Both the position numbers and the translations under genes were made by a program. Positions 13,155-25,648 of a DNA stretch of 64,000 bases are shown here, piece after piece. Under the pieces are notes generated by a model. That model made no database searches, had not been told where the DNA came from, and saw nothing but the letters and a program-made list of their open reading frames with translations. How positions within the stretch are numbered: the first letter of the stretch is position 1; each line of letters begins with the position of its first letter. The stretch is from Fimicolochytrium jonesii (taxonomy: Eukaryota), in contig NW_026515672.1 in NCBI RefSeq assembly GCF_025526975.1, positions 496,001-560,000 on the forward strand. The letters are read 5' to 3'.

Positions 13155-13301
13155 AATATGCGTGGAAGAAGGTTCGTGACCTACTCGATGGGGTTCTAAA
13201 CTGACGTAAAAAGAGTGGGTTTGTGTGCCCAACAAGCTTTGCAATAAATAACGAAGGCGTAAATGTTGATGGTCGGTCGTTCCATGATCAAAAATATGGT
13301 C

Positions 13302-13805
13302 CTAGATCAGAAGCTTCTCAATCTCGATCTTGATAGCAAGAATCTGCGCCTTCAATTCCGACCCTTCGTTGGTGGTCACGGAAGCGGCGACAACAGGGCG
13401 GGAGACACCACACGCACGGCCGAGGGCAATTTTGGAGGGAACAAAAACGTATGGTACGTTCTTGTCCTCGCAGAGAAGGGGCAAGTGGAGAAGGATTTCG
13501 AGGGGTTCGGTGTCGGCGGTCATGACGATGAACTCTGAGATACCTCGGTTGAGGGTCTTCGTTGCTGTATAAAAGGAATAACGAAAACGGTTAGTGCCAA
13601 CGTCTCAATGCAGAGAAAGCCTTATCTGCGCAAGTATCGCCGCAGAGGAAGTGAAAGACCATCGACGAGAGATTCCTTTTCACCTACCTTCGTTAGCACC
13701 CTTCTTCAGTTGCTTGTAGTGAGACGCCTGCTGCACAAGGTCGAGAATCTTGTTGGACAGCTGAGCGTCAGCGAGGGGGAAGGCCTTGGTGTTGACTTGC
13801 GACAT
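13302..13805 (-). CDS. SNU13: Snu13/15.5K kink-turn-binding protein (U4, U3 and box C/D snoRNP), one intron
   Basis: [97 protein letters not shown]. Confidence 0.97.
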
Positions 13806-14130
13806 GGTGGAGGTTTCGGAAGGTGTAGGTGGACGAGGGATATTGTTGATGCGGTAGGTTTGCAAGCAAGAGTTTTTCTGAAAGGTGAGAAACGCAGGTC
13901 CAAGCGAGAAGTGAGACCTCCCCACTTGAGAAGAAATCCAGCGAATCAGAGCGCGCCTTCACGTAAGCAGACTTTCCATTTCGACAGCGGGGCTTTCCGC
14001 TTTGCTGCCTTTGGGAGTTCGATTTTGGGGCCGTTCTATCAGCCACATTTCAAGCCTTCCTTTGCACTCAGCTGAATAGTGAGCATACGGAGAACGGAGG
14101 GAGAAACTGCTCCATCAGACTATTTACGCC

Positions 14131-16410
14131 ATGCGCCAATACGATAAGGGACTGTTGGTGGACGAGGAGCTGCATGATTTGAAGCTTAGGTTTGAACTAT
14201 TAGGTAGGTAGTGAGGTCGATGGGGAGGATGCCCTTACAATCACCGGGGAATGTAGATAGACTCCTTTTGCGAGAATGAATTAATTCTCATAATGAATGT
14301 GAAAAGATAGCGTTCGTTCTCTGAGAATCTTGATTTTTAGAGGGTGACCGGAAAGCCTACTACGAGACAAGTCAGTGGGCGATCCGACAAAATAAAGACG
14401 AGGTTAGCAACCTTCGAGCGAGGAATAAGGAATTGAGCGATGCTATTGCCAAATTGAAGAAGGTACCGTTTAGCTTTCGCATCTTCTGAGGCCCAAATGC
14501 TTATAAGCTCGCATTGTAGTCCGAGGCTGATACGCAAACCAGCCGAACGTCGTTGACGGAGTTGGAAAAGTACGACCAAAAAATATGCGAAATGCATAAG
14601 AAATACGACGAGCTGCAGGCCGAGGCGAGACTGAAAAGTGATAAGCTGACGGGGATGCAGGATCAGCTGGCTGATCTGGGACGGGAAGCGGAGACGGTGG
14701 TGTCGAATCTCCAAGACTCGTCAGAGGCTAAGGTGCGGAGACGTGGTGGATGGAAGAGCGCTGCACGTCCAGAGACCGGAGAGAAACCTTCGTTAGAAGC
14801 TCTGCGGGACATCATCAGTAACATATATTTGCATGCAGGAAATCCGAATGCTCGAGAATCGCCTCGACAAAGCTACCATCAAGTACAACGAGGCACAAGC
14901 CGTACGGAAAACATACGAGCAAATAGCCAAGCGACTGCAAGAAGAGCGCTTGACATTTGACAACCAGCTGACGAGTTTTGAGAAGACCATCAAGCTGAAG
15001 AAACAGGATGCGCTTGAGCTTGAGACGATGTCTAGGGATGCTAACCACGCGAAGGAGGTCGCCAAGGTACTTGATGAAGGCCTGCAAAAGGGTGGCTTGG
15101 TCCGTGGGAGGAAGTACCAGACTGACCAGAACCAAAACATGCAGGCGGAGCTGGCACGGTTTGAGCAACAAATCAATGACGAACGAAAGCAACGTGAGAA
15201 AGATCTCCAGTTGCGAAAAGAGCTTGTCAAGCAGAAGATGGAGATCACGGACAAGATCGACTGGAAGGTGGGTTCGGGCGAAGGGCTACGCATGTGGTCT
15301 ACTCCCATAAGTCCTAAATTATGCTCAATTGCAACTTGTAGAAACTCCAACTTGACGACCCATCCAATGATCTCTCCCTCAACTCCGAGGTCAACAAAGA
15401 GCAATACGACGAAGCACGCGAAAAGAACATCGCCGACTATGAAGAGAACATGCGTCTCGTCAAAGAAGCGGCCGGTGTCTCAGACATCAACGAAGTCATT
15501 GCCAAATACCGTGCACAGGGTGAAACCCACGAGCATCTCTCGGAGCTCCAACGCAAAAACGACCAGCGGCACGAGGAGCTCAAGAAGAAGAAGAACGCGA
15601 TTTCAGATGAGTTTGAGGAACTGCGCTTCTCGGGCGAGGCTAGGCATGCGCATTCGTGGAGAATGATTCAGGAGATGAAGGACCATGTGAATGAGGCTGA
15701 GAATAAGATGTTGGATGCGAAGGGCAAGTTTGAGAAGATGGCGAAGCTATTGGGGAACTCGAAGGCTGGGGTTCAACACTTGTCTGCGAAGGTGGATGGT
15801 ATTCAGATGGTGAGAAGAGAATTTCCATCAATTCTGGATGTTCTGAACCTGCAAATCTGATCGGCATCTTGTCTCTATCAGCCGGATTCGCAACAACCAA
15901 AAATGTCAGATGAAACAGTCGTGCAGATACTGAATGTCTGTATCCGAAAATTGGAACACCTGGCCAACAACGTGCAAGGCAAAGAAGTACCAGAGGTACG
16001 GATGATCTTGCGTTCTGAGATTCCACTTTCCCATCACCTACTAAAAGCGTCTTCTACCAGCCTGTCGTCCCACAACCCACCGCGCAACAACCGCCAGGCG
16101 AAACGACAAGCATCTTCCAAGTCGCACAATCACAGCTGCCCGTGTACAACACCCGTGTCAAACTACGACCGGTGGAATTCGAGGAGTCTGGTGGCGAAGG
16201 TGAGATGATGTTCATACGGCCTTTTTCTTTCAATCCTGCGTTCTCATGCTTTGGTTGGGCACGACAGATGATGAGGACGACGACGACTACGGGGACGTGC
16301 CGGACCGCGAGACCATCAAGAAGCATACCGCGCAGATGCTCAATGCTCGGCTGAAGACGAAGCAAGCAAAGAAAGGGAAGAAGAAAAGGACGGCGAAGGA
16401 TGATGATTGA
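14131..16410 (+). CDS. ODAD3: Outer dynein arm docking complex subunit CCDC151/ODAD3-like coiled-coil protein, spliced
   Basis: LLEGDRKAYYETSQWAIRQNK; IRMLENRLDKATIKYNEAQAVRK; KEAAGVSDINEVIAKY; YNTRVKL; DVPDRETIKK. Confidence 0.85.
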
Positions 16411-16766
16411 GGCGAGGAGCACGTGTTCTGAGGACGTGATAATGGGCCTTTCTTCGGAAGGGAAAGTTTCGGCGACGCCGATTTTCGACATTAAACCATA
16501 TGATTTGGTGTAACAAAGCCGCTGTCTGCGGTGTATGCGGGAATCCCTTTGACAATGAGTTACTAAAGTACTCGAAGGGTTTATCTTATTTATATGGCCG
16601 CCTAATACGAGGTTCAGCCCTGACCTGTGAATCTATGCATCCTTGATTTCGCGAGAACTACTTTGACATCATCAGGCTCTTGCGGCTCGAGATATTGTCG
16701 TCAATGATGAGAAGCGGTCCAGATCTAGAGAGAGAGGCAGGATTTAGTCCGTGGTACGATTGGAAC

Positions 16767-18863
16767 TTATGCCCGCGGTCCACATGCTATACCTTCAACG
16801 AAGTACGAGCCCCTCCTCTCTTCCCGGCCCGAAGGACCCCAGGCATTAGGAAAGACCCGCGAATCCCTGCAGAACGCGTGCGCACCATCGCCTTGCAGAC
16901 TGTTCGGCAACAACCGGTCGACCGGCTTGGGCTTGGTTTCTACCGAGTACGTGATTTCCAAGAACACCGCACGTAGCGAGGAGCGAATGATGTGGTCCAT
17001 ATGATCTTTGAACGTGCTGTACACTTCGCCAGAGGTGACATTGGGTACATGTGCGACTTGCTTGCACCCCTGCAGCCGGGATTTAGTAAAAGATCGAAAG
17101 CGACTAAGTACATCCGATGGACACGCACGTTGGCTGTTTTGAATGGATCGAATTTCTGGGCGCTCGCACCGCAGCATGCGTGGTATCCATTCGCTCCATC
17201 CTTGGGTGGGTATGTGGCTTCGCTGGCATGTTGCCAGCATCCCTTGTAATCTCCGCATGCAAAGGTTTGATCACACTTTGAGCAATGAAGATGGTGGAGG
17301 AGGCCCCAGAACCTACGACGGGACATCAGAAAGGCCGGTCTCCGCTTTCAAGACGCTGGACATATACTTACATCCAATACGACTCTTTCCATGGGACATT
17401 TGCCGCATATAAAGTCGTCATAAAGTCATTGATGTTGAAGGAGACGTCACTAGCTTTTCGAAGAGCGAAACATTGAGCAGGAAGCTTTGACAAACATGTG
17501 GGCATGAAAGACGATCCCTTTCCGTACCGCTGGTGACATCTCGTCACGTCCCCATCATATCCCACTCGCAAAGGCGCCTCGTGGCAGAGAAGCTCTAACT
17601 GTCGCTTCTCGGTGTATAACCTCCCGCACAAACGACAGGCACACACGAAGTTGTCTTCGCTGGCCGCCTTCGCCAGAAGATCGCGCAGCTTGCAGAAATA
17701 GATTTGTCTATCAGAACCGCGAAGATGTTCAGTTAATAAGCCTTCCTTGAGAGAACAGGCATTGTAGCTCACCCCAGAATCTTGTCCTGGATGTCGTGCA
17801 CGTTCTCCAGTTCATTGACGGTGAACAGCTTTGCCAGTCTACGATTAATGTTTTAGCTCAAGTTCAGTAGGGCCCGACGGCTCTCGGTAGCGGTGAAGAA
17901 ACCCCAGGCACATACTTGTCAACGAGAGGTTGATTCAAGCAGGTCATATCGGTAGAGACTAAGCGCCCGGGACAACTTAGCCTTCGTCATTGAACCTCGA
18001 CGTTCAACAAATGCTCACCTTTGAGAACATCATCAATCGTCTGATGGATATAAGACAAGCATTGATCTTCAAGCGCTGCCATCTGCAAGAAGTTCGAGCT
18101 GACAAGGATGCTCAATGCCAATCTGGGCTCTGTGGGCATTCAGAAGTCGTCGCTCAATACGTAAGCAAGCAAATGTTTGTGACTCTCTACGTACCGAACA
18201 AAGGCCGCTTCCTTGAAATGTACAGCATCAGCCATTCGAACACTTGGATGTCGCAATGTACATCGATTTCAATAGTGGCTTCGGCAGCGTGGTTGAGAAG
18301 GTATGGGGAGAAGTATGGCATCTGGCGCAACAATAGGATACGGTCGCAGAAGTAGTCCCGTTTTGCTGGAAAGCACATCCATTAAAAGTAAGCGTGATGA
18401 ATCCTCCATTGAGAAGCGATGTCATCCGTTGTGCCGCACCTTTCTTGCTCTCATCATACACATGTATTATCACATCAGGCTTGGTTTCTGGACCTTTCGC
18501 GGTCTTGCTTGCCGCCTCAGATGAGGATGTACTAGAAGGCCGTGGTGCATCCTGCGGTGCATAGCTTGACCTGATTCGTTTATCGCTCCGCTCATCGACC
18601 CGATTTGGCTTCTCGGCCGATGGCGGTGGTTCATATGGACTCTTCCCTCTACCATCCGCTTGGACATGGGATGTTGACCCCGCTCCTCTGCTCTGCCCAT
18701 GTGCCATATCGCCTCCACTAGATAACGCTACGCTGCGCATGGCTTCCGACGCGGGGAACTGTGTGCTGTTCTTCCATGTTGCCAGACGTTTAGGCCTCAT
18801 TTTGACTTTGGTTGACTGCCGTTCTTTTCTGAACTTTTTCAAGGGTGAATCTGATCTGGACAT
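16767..18863 (-). CDS. SANBR/KIAA1841-like (DUF3342) BTB-related protein, spliced; 3' end approximate
   Basis: VIIHVYDESK..KRDYFCDRILLLRQMPYFSPYL..IEIDVHCDIQVFEWLM; Cys/His-rich C-terminal part HCSKCDQTF..CWQH..HACCG..GCKQVAH. Confidence 0.8.
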
Positions 18864-20329
18864 CTGGACACGGAGGAGTCGGAACGCTCCGAACGCGTGA
18901 TGTCACGCGCCAACACCTCTGCCTTTCTGGAATCCCGCAACTCACAGCACCCGTCCAAGCTAGCGACGTACCAGTACTAAAATATGCAAACCTTTCCGTC
19001 CCCGCCTTCTGTCGACAATTGGCTGGCCCAGCACGGACTTTGCCTCTCACTGGCATTTCTGAGGAGTTCGGACAATTGTCCATATACTCTTGGGACGAAG
19101 CCGTATATAGTATGCAAGTGTTGTCGCCCCCTTCTTATATCAACGGTCGGCCCGCCAGCATGCAGCAAGCCTTCGCACCCGTCGGTTCACCTATCACTGC
19201 CGTCTCACCAAACTTCAGACGACTCTCCGTTCACCCCCGGGTCCAAGCCTTAGCAGTATGCAAACCTTTGTGTCTCCGCCTTTTATCCCGCCATGATGCA
19301 GCAAGATGTTCCCTCCGTCCCATTCGAAGCCAGCGTGCCCGCTACAGACAGTCCGGCAATGACGATCAGAGAATGGACGATGCGAAAGCTTCGTGGCACA
19401 AAGGTCTCCAAAAGCGAGCTCCAGTCGCTTGTGGGATCTGTCCCTAGTACCCGATATGTAAGTCTTTCTTTGGAGTGCTAAAGGGTGGCCTCCATATCTA
19501 CAGTATAGCGGCTTTTGATTCTTCGAGGGCTCTGGTGTGCGCCAGAATTCCACGGTCGTACATCCATACCATTTCCGGCGTTGGCCTGAGCTAACGGCTC
19601 TAGCCGTTCCCAATCCGAGCGCTCTTGAGCGGCACATTGCGCATCGCTGGAAAGCGAGTAGGGAAGAGGGATGCGCCGGCACTGTTCCTGCAAGCGCAGG
19701 CTGAATATATCGCCATTAATTGAAGACTATGGGCGTGGCACAGGACATACCCGAATTCTAATGGGTACGCATAGCCATTTTTCAACCTCCCACCTCGGCC
19801 CGAGCCTTCTCCCCAAGTTCAAGGACATGTACGGAGTTGTTCAAGGACCTTTTGAAACCCGGTGGAGCTTACGTCCCGCCCGATCATCACTCTCAGGGCA
19901 TCCCGGCGCAGCCCATGGAGCTCGGGCAGACGCGCATGGGTCCGGGGGAGGTAATCGAGTTGTCAACACTTAGGTCCTAGTCCTGGACAGCACATGTAAG
20001 CCGATGCGACGTATAGGAACGGCGGGCGAAGGGTCGTTTTGATATCATGCAACAGTTCTGGGAGCTCCCCATCAATGTGCGTTGGCGGTTACCAACATGA
20101 CCCCAGCTGCTTCGGGGTGAATGTCTTGCATCGTATGCGCAACCCGCGACTTATGTGTCAGCACGTAAGTCGCCTCGAGAGCGTTTCTCTGAACTGCTAC
20201 AATCGATCTGACTTCCTCAGGTTCGAAGGCTAAATGATATTCGATGCACATACATCGTGTAGTTTTTGGGCTACCAAAATATCGATTCAGAAATGGATGT
20301 TATGAGAGCTACACATCATAGTACCTTGT

Positions 20330-21121
20330 CTACACCCGTGCCTTCCCACTCTTCATGAAGAAGGTTTGAATGATGAAGACCTGAAACACCCCCATCACAA
20401 CCAACGAGAACGCCTCGAGAGTCCCGAACCAGAAGATACGGTTCTGCGTGCTCTTCACCGTGTCAAAGTTCCGGTTCTCCCTAGTCCGGAAGTACTTCTG
20501 ATGCTTCTGGACACCGCCCAGCGTATCGGACAGCCGCGTAATGCATTCTTCCAACGGTTTAATGTCCTTCTTAATCTCCTCCTTCTTGGCCAGTTCTTGG
20601 GCGACGGGGGATGAGATGCCTTGCTCGTGCTCTGCTGTGATGTCGAAGTCGATGACCTTTTCGGTGAAGGTGGACATTTTATTGCTGAAGCAGAAGGAGT
20701 GCTCTCCCGGATCAGGTGCCGAGAATACAAAGTCCCCCTGGCGCTCTTTTGTGCTTGATAGTATCTCGTTGCCTTTTGGGCCCATCACATCGTAATCCAC
20801 GTCGAAGGAACCTCCGGATTGGACCTATGTGAAGGACAGACAAGGTATGAACATAGAGCTCGACATCGACGATCCGAAATCTCCCCAGCAAGGATTCCGG
20901 TCCATTCATCACGTTCCCCACCGGTTTCGCCCACCGAGACAAGTCCACAACGAGCTTACCGCAAAATAGAACGCCATCTTTTCCCCAGCACTCTTAGCTG
21001 TGACATAGAAACAAGCGCGTTCGTGTGGCTCCATCTTATACGTCAGTGTCGTTGCGGCTACTGGCCCGACTACGAGAAGGAGTAGAAGGCCACCCAAGGT
21101 GGCTATCGACAACGTCTTCAT
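20330..21121 (-). CDS. p24/emp24/GOLD family cargo receptor (TMED), spliced
   Basis: Signal peptide, TYKMEPHERACFY, GEHSFCFSNKMSTFTEKVIDFDI, YFRTRENRNFDTVKSTQNRIFWF, TM helix, FF..K tail. Confidence 0.93.
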
Positions 21122-21729
21122 GATGGGGGTGGGGATCTGATTGGCGTCAAATGGAGTTGATACTATAGTTAAAAACTTGGGTCTTTGAACGGTAGATATT
21201 ATGTGCTTGACAGATATTTCGCTGGTCCTCCTGGTCAGCCAGTAGCGAGCGGGCTTTCCGGCATATTTCTTGACCCCGGGGGGCGGGAGATGTGACCATC
21301 ACACAACCTCGTACACGGCCGCTTACCTCAAGACTACCGACCTGCTAATGGAGAGGGCCCAAAAGGGATGAGGAAACGACTAGCAAAGACGACTGCCAGT
21401 GCTGTCTGATGAGGTATGAGGGCCTGCTCGTATAGCAAGCCACGTTCGATGATTGCGAGAGAAATGGCACAACTCGAAAGGTTAAAAATGGTGGCTGCCG
21501 CATCCCGCACGCGTCAACAGGACGAGTCGGCTGCATACTGGTCTTTCCCTGCCAGGGAGTACATCGGTGCCCGTCCACCGGCATCCATCACGTACTATGA
21601 GAGCCCAAAGCTTGTTGCATAAAGACAGGAAATGGACCAGGCACACCGTATAAAGTGTCTTTGCCTGCGCGTCAGAGACTTATAGCTATAGAAGCCCTGT
21701 CCGTCCTCATGGCTATCCCATTCATGGGG

Positions 21730-22349
21730 CACCGAGCAAATTGATTAATGTCATAAACATGCGATGATTCTATGGTAAAGGCTATTGCCGGTCTGAGACG
21801 ACGAGTCAATCCCGGACTCCCTCCCTCCAGCAGTGCAAAGCGGCTCCAAGTCCGCCGTGAACTCCTAGACGTTTGCAGGGGGGAAACAAGCCTACGCGCG
21901 AAAGGGAAGCTAAGAATCGTGGGAATGGCTCTCCATAACTCTTAGATTCCCTTGCACACATGACAATTTCACCCGCACCGACGAAGAGCTTCCTTCTCTC
22001 GCACGGCGGATCGTCCCACTCGTCTCGCCCGTTCCTGATAGTAGTTCCTTAAGCTGTGCGCAACCACCCGTCTTCACGGGGAACTCCTCATGTCTGGGAA
22101 TTGCGTTCGCTTTGCTGGAGTGCTGAGTAGCGGCGCGGTTGCTCATACCTCTTTTCAACACCTCGCAAGGGGTGAAAAATACGTATGGTTCAGACCTGAT
22201 GGCGAATAAGCCTCGGTCCGATGGTCGAAGCACCTCGTGAGATGCATGCGCTTCTTGTGCAGAAGTTGGCGGAAAGACAAATGAATGCAAATAAACCTTT
22301 CGCTCCAATGCACGTGCATCTCAATAAATCACAACGCGCCTCGCCGACG
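21730..22349 (+). ncRNA. Candidate large structured non-coding RNA of unknown class
   Basis: Nested long-range helices (21780-21796 with 22190-22212; ~21795-21806 with 22018-22026), many local hairpins and junctions, upstream TATAAA at ~21649, no credible ORF; see findings. Confidence 0.5.
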
Positions 22350-22787
22350 GTACGCTCCCAAGACCAAACTTCGCCATAGCGGGTTTGAATAATCACTCTC
22401 CCTTATCACATCATTCAGTGGTCGGAGAAAAGGTAAGCATCGCACACACCCAAACCTTGCATCCATCCATAGGTACAGCAGCGGCAACGGCCGATTCAGC
22501 CGCGGAGGGCGGGTATTTCGTTGAGAAGGGCGAGATGGATGGATGGATGGATGAACGGGGTGGATGGATGGTTGAAGGAAGAATGCGCGGGAATTAGGGA
22601 TGGGCATTTCGACATGGAGATGGGGAGGGCGTGGAACGGTCGAAGCGACGGTGGAATGATCGTGAGAGGCAGAGGGGCTTTAGGGTCGCACGGATGAGGG
22701 GGCATTCTAAGGACTGGTTCTCGACGTGTGAATAGCCATGCGGAATGTTGTCTAACCACAACCTTTTTGTTTCTGTAGTAACTCAAA

Positions 22788-23729
22788 ATGGGTGGTTAGT
22801 AGTCCCGCGCTCTTGTTTATAGACCGACCACACATCTGGCTTTGTTTGGGCAAAGTCAGATGCATTCCTTGGAGGATGTTGATGTGGCCAGGTTGATGAC
22901 CTATCGGAGCCTTGACTTATCTATTGTTCCTCTCTTTCCCTTCACCAAACGATGCTTTGACATTCAATTTGTCTAGCTTACAAGGTAAGACGAGAGGGCG
23001 CGTGTGAAGCTGGGCTTTAGGTGGCGGAGAGGGAAACGGTCACTGACAGTAGTATCACTCCGTAGTATCTCGAGGAGCTGTACAAGAAGAAGCAGTCTGA
23101 TGTGCTTCGCTTCCTTCTCCGTGTCCGCTGCTGGGAGTACAGGCAGTTGAACGTCATTCACCGTGCCTCCCGCCCCTCCCGCCCTGACAAGGCTCGTCGT
23201 TTGGGATACAAGGCCAAGCAGGGATACGTTATCTACCGTATCCGTGTCCGCCGTGGAAACCGCAAGCGTCTTGCCCCTAAGGGTCAGGTTTACGGAAAGC
23301 CTGCCAGCCAGGGTATTTCCCAGCTCAAGTACCAGCGCTCTGCCCGTGCCACCGCTGAGGAGCGTGTTGGCCGCAAGTGCGGAAACTTGCGTGTGTTGAA
23401 CTCGTACTGGGTCAACCAGGTTCGTAAATGGAATGCCAGGACAAAATCGATGGGTGCAGAGGCTGATTTCTTTTCCCCTGCAGGACGCCACTTACAAGTT
23501 CTTCGAGGTCATTGCTGTCGACCCCCAGCACAAGGCCATCCGTCGCGACCCCCGTATCAACTGGATCGTTGACCCCGTCCACAAGCGTCGTGAGGCTCGT
23601 GGTCTTACCGCCATTGGCAAGCAGAACCGTGGTATCGGAAAGGGTCACGGACACAACAAGACCCGTGGTGGAGGTCGTTACGCCAGCTGGCTCAGGAGGA
23701 ACACCTTGTCTCTCCGCCGCTACCGATGA
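22788..23729 (+). CDS. RPL15: 60S ribosomal protein L15 (eL15), spliced, with micro-exons
   Basis: ATGGGTG|CTTACAAG|TATCTCGAG gives [66 protein letters not shown]. Confidence 0.97.
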
Positions 23730-25648
23730 TCGCACTAATTCCCAGTGCAGATTGTTTGTGGTTGTACTTGCCGAGGATTACAAATATACGTGTGGTTCGC
23801 ATCTGATTATTTCGATTGGAATGCTGTGATACTGAGATGGAGAATGTGGTTCATGTGGGATGGTGCGGGAGTCGAGCGAGGACGTCTGCAAGCGGGATGT
23901 CTCGGCAGTATGCCACATCAAAGTGAATCTTGGACGAGGGAGGGCTGTCCTCAAAGCCAGAGTCCGAGTCTTTATGCCCATCTCTACAGATCATGTGACC
24001 CCACGTGACAGATCCAGTGTTCGATTTTTCTTCGCGTCCATCCCCAAATCCTATAAAAGGCAGCCTGGGGTTCCAATTTCCTGACTTCTCCTCAGGAAGA
24101 ACCTTACCCTTCAAAAGCACCGTCAGCAAGGTGGCTTTTGTCCCTCCTCACGGGGGGGCAATAAATAGTTCATCCGATTATGCCGGCGAGTCGTCCAGGG
24201 TCAAGCAGAATGAATACGGTGGGGCATGGAAACGGGTGCCATCGGGGAGGCTCCCTTCTTCTGAATAGCTGTTGATGTCGTTTGGCAATTTCCATGTTCA
24301 TATTTCTATCTTTTTCGTTGTTATGTTTCCTCCCTGTCTGTGGGAATGGTGGAAGAGCGAGGAACGTTTGCGTTTGGGCGCCAGTCCGACCGGCAGAGCA
24401 AAGAGCATGCTACGTGCGATTGCGGTGCTTTTACGCCTCGAGCGTGAAGATGCGCAAGCTGCGATTGCACGAGGAGCGGAGTTGGAATGTCGGCTGCGGG
24501 GCATTTCCAGCTGTGCGCTTTTCCGCTCGAGCGATTCCGCTTGCCGACGGGCTCGCTTGAATGCTGGTGGCAAGCACTCGCTCTGGCACCTGACGACATG
24601 GCGTTGAGAGGAACCTCGCCTGAATGTGGCTGACGGTTTTCGGCGTAAGAAACGACCTGGTTTCAAAGGCATGGACTTTATCGAGTATCGGAAAACGGAA
24701 CGGAGCTTTCTCAAAGGGAACATGAAGGCCGAGAAATAGCACTGGACGACGAGGACGAAGGCCAGGCAATGTATTTCCCAACAAGCTACAAGCGTCACTC
24801 CGCCGTCTAGCGATGGCGAATTTCATATGGTATTGGCAATATGTAGGTATCCAGGCAGCATTGTCGTCGTCGGATGAATCTCTCTGCTGCAAGCCGAAGG
24901 ATCACGCCGGCTTAGAAGACCGTACAGTTGGAGGACATCATCGGTCCGCGGTTCATGCCTGGCCTCATATAACAGTCCCAATTACACTCACCCTCCACAC
25001 AAGAGAGGTCCTCAAACGGAAGGACCCGCATCAGACTCGGCGGTAGGGAAGATTACTATCCAATTGGCAGAACTGTCCTCATTTGCCACCTTATCCGTTT
25101 GTCTTTCGTCCCATCTCTCCTCTGTTTCCCCTGCGAGGTCGTCGGAACGGAACGTTACCGATGCCGGAGAGTTTGCTCGATTGATGCCGGGACTAGCTTC
25201 CCAGAAGAATAGGGAGGCGGCCAACAGCAGTGCGAACCTAATACGATCGACAGTGATGCTAGTCACTCCCCCTATTCTTCGATGAAGCGGTTTGTCGCCA
25301 GATGCATGCACAGAAAGCCTGAAAAAGGACGTCACTCTCACTCCCATGCGAGTGTCATCAGTGTCACAGTCACTTATGTCGCCCGCATGCGACGATGCGT
25401 TGTGGTAATAAGGAGGGCTGTGCAAGCGCGTGCAAGCATTACGCGCTGTGCGAAGCCGTCACTTGCGTAAACCATGTAAAAGGATGTAAAAGCTGGAAGC
25501 CCCTGAACAACTGACTGCCCTTGCTTCAAGACAAGATTCCCACGACCCTCCTCAAAAACTCTACAGCACGCAGACGTATTCCGTACAACCCCTATCACCG
25601 GAACAGAACCTGAACGCACTTCCAAGATAGAATCGCAAACCAACCGCA

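Noticed and set aside
19080..19975. Possible small spliced gene (MMQQDVPSVPF..)
   Set aside because: The apparent intron leads to an immediate stop; no homology recognised
22190..22235. Hammerhead, HDV-like ribozyme or TPP riboswitch motifs (CTGATG, GGCGAAT, ACCTGAT)
   Set aside because: The required partner motifs and helices are absent; these bases are better explained by the long-range helix
22238..22323. Group II intron domain V-like stem (9 bp, AC bulge)
   Set aside because: Triad reads AGA rather than AGC/CGC, the GNRA loop is replaced by a branched insert, and no domain VI or intron boundaries were found
24270..25480. Overlapping short ORFs between RPL15 and PKR1
   Set aside because: No recognisable family and no consistent exon chain; may be decayed coding sequence but this cannot be supported
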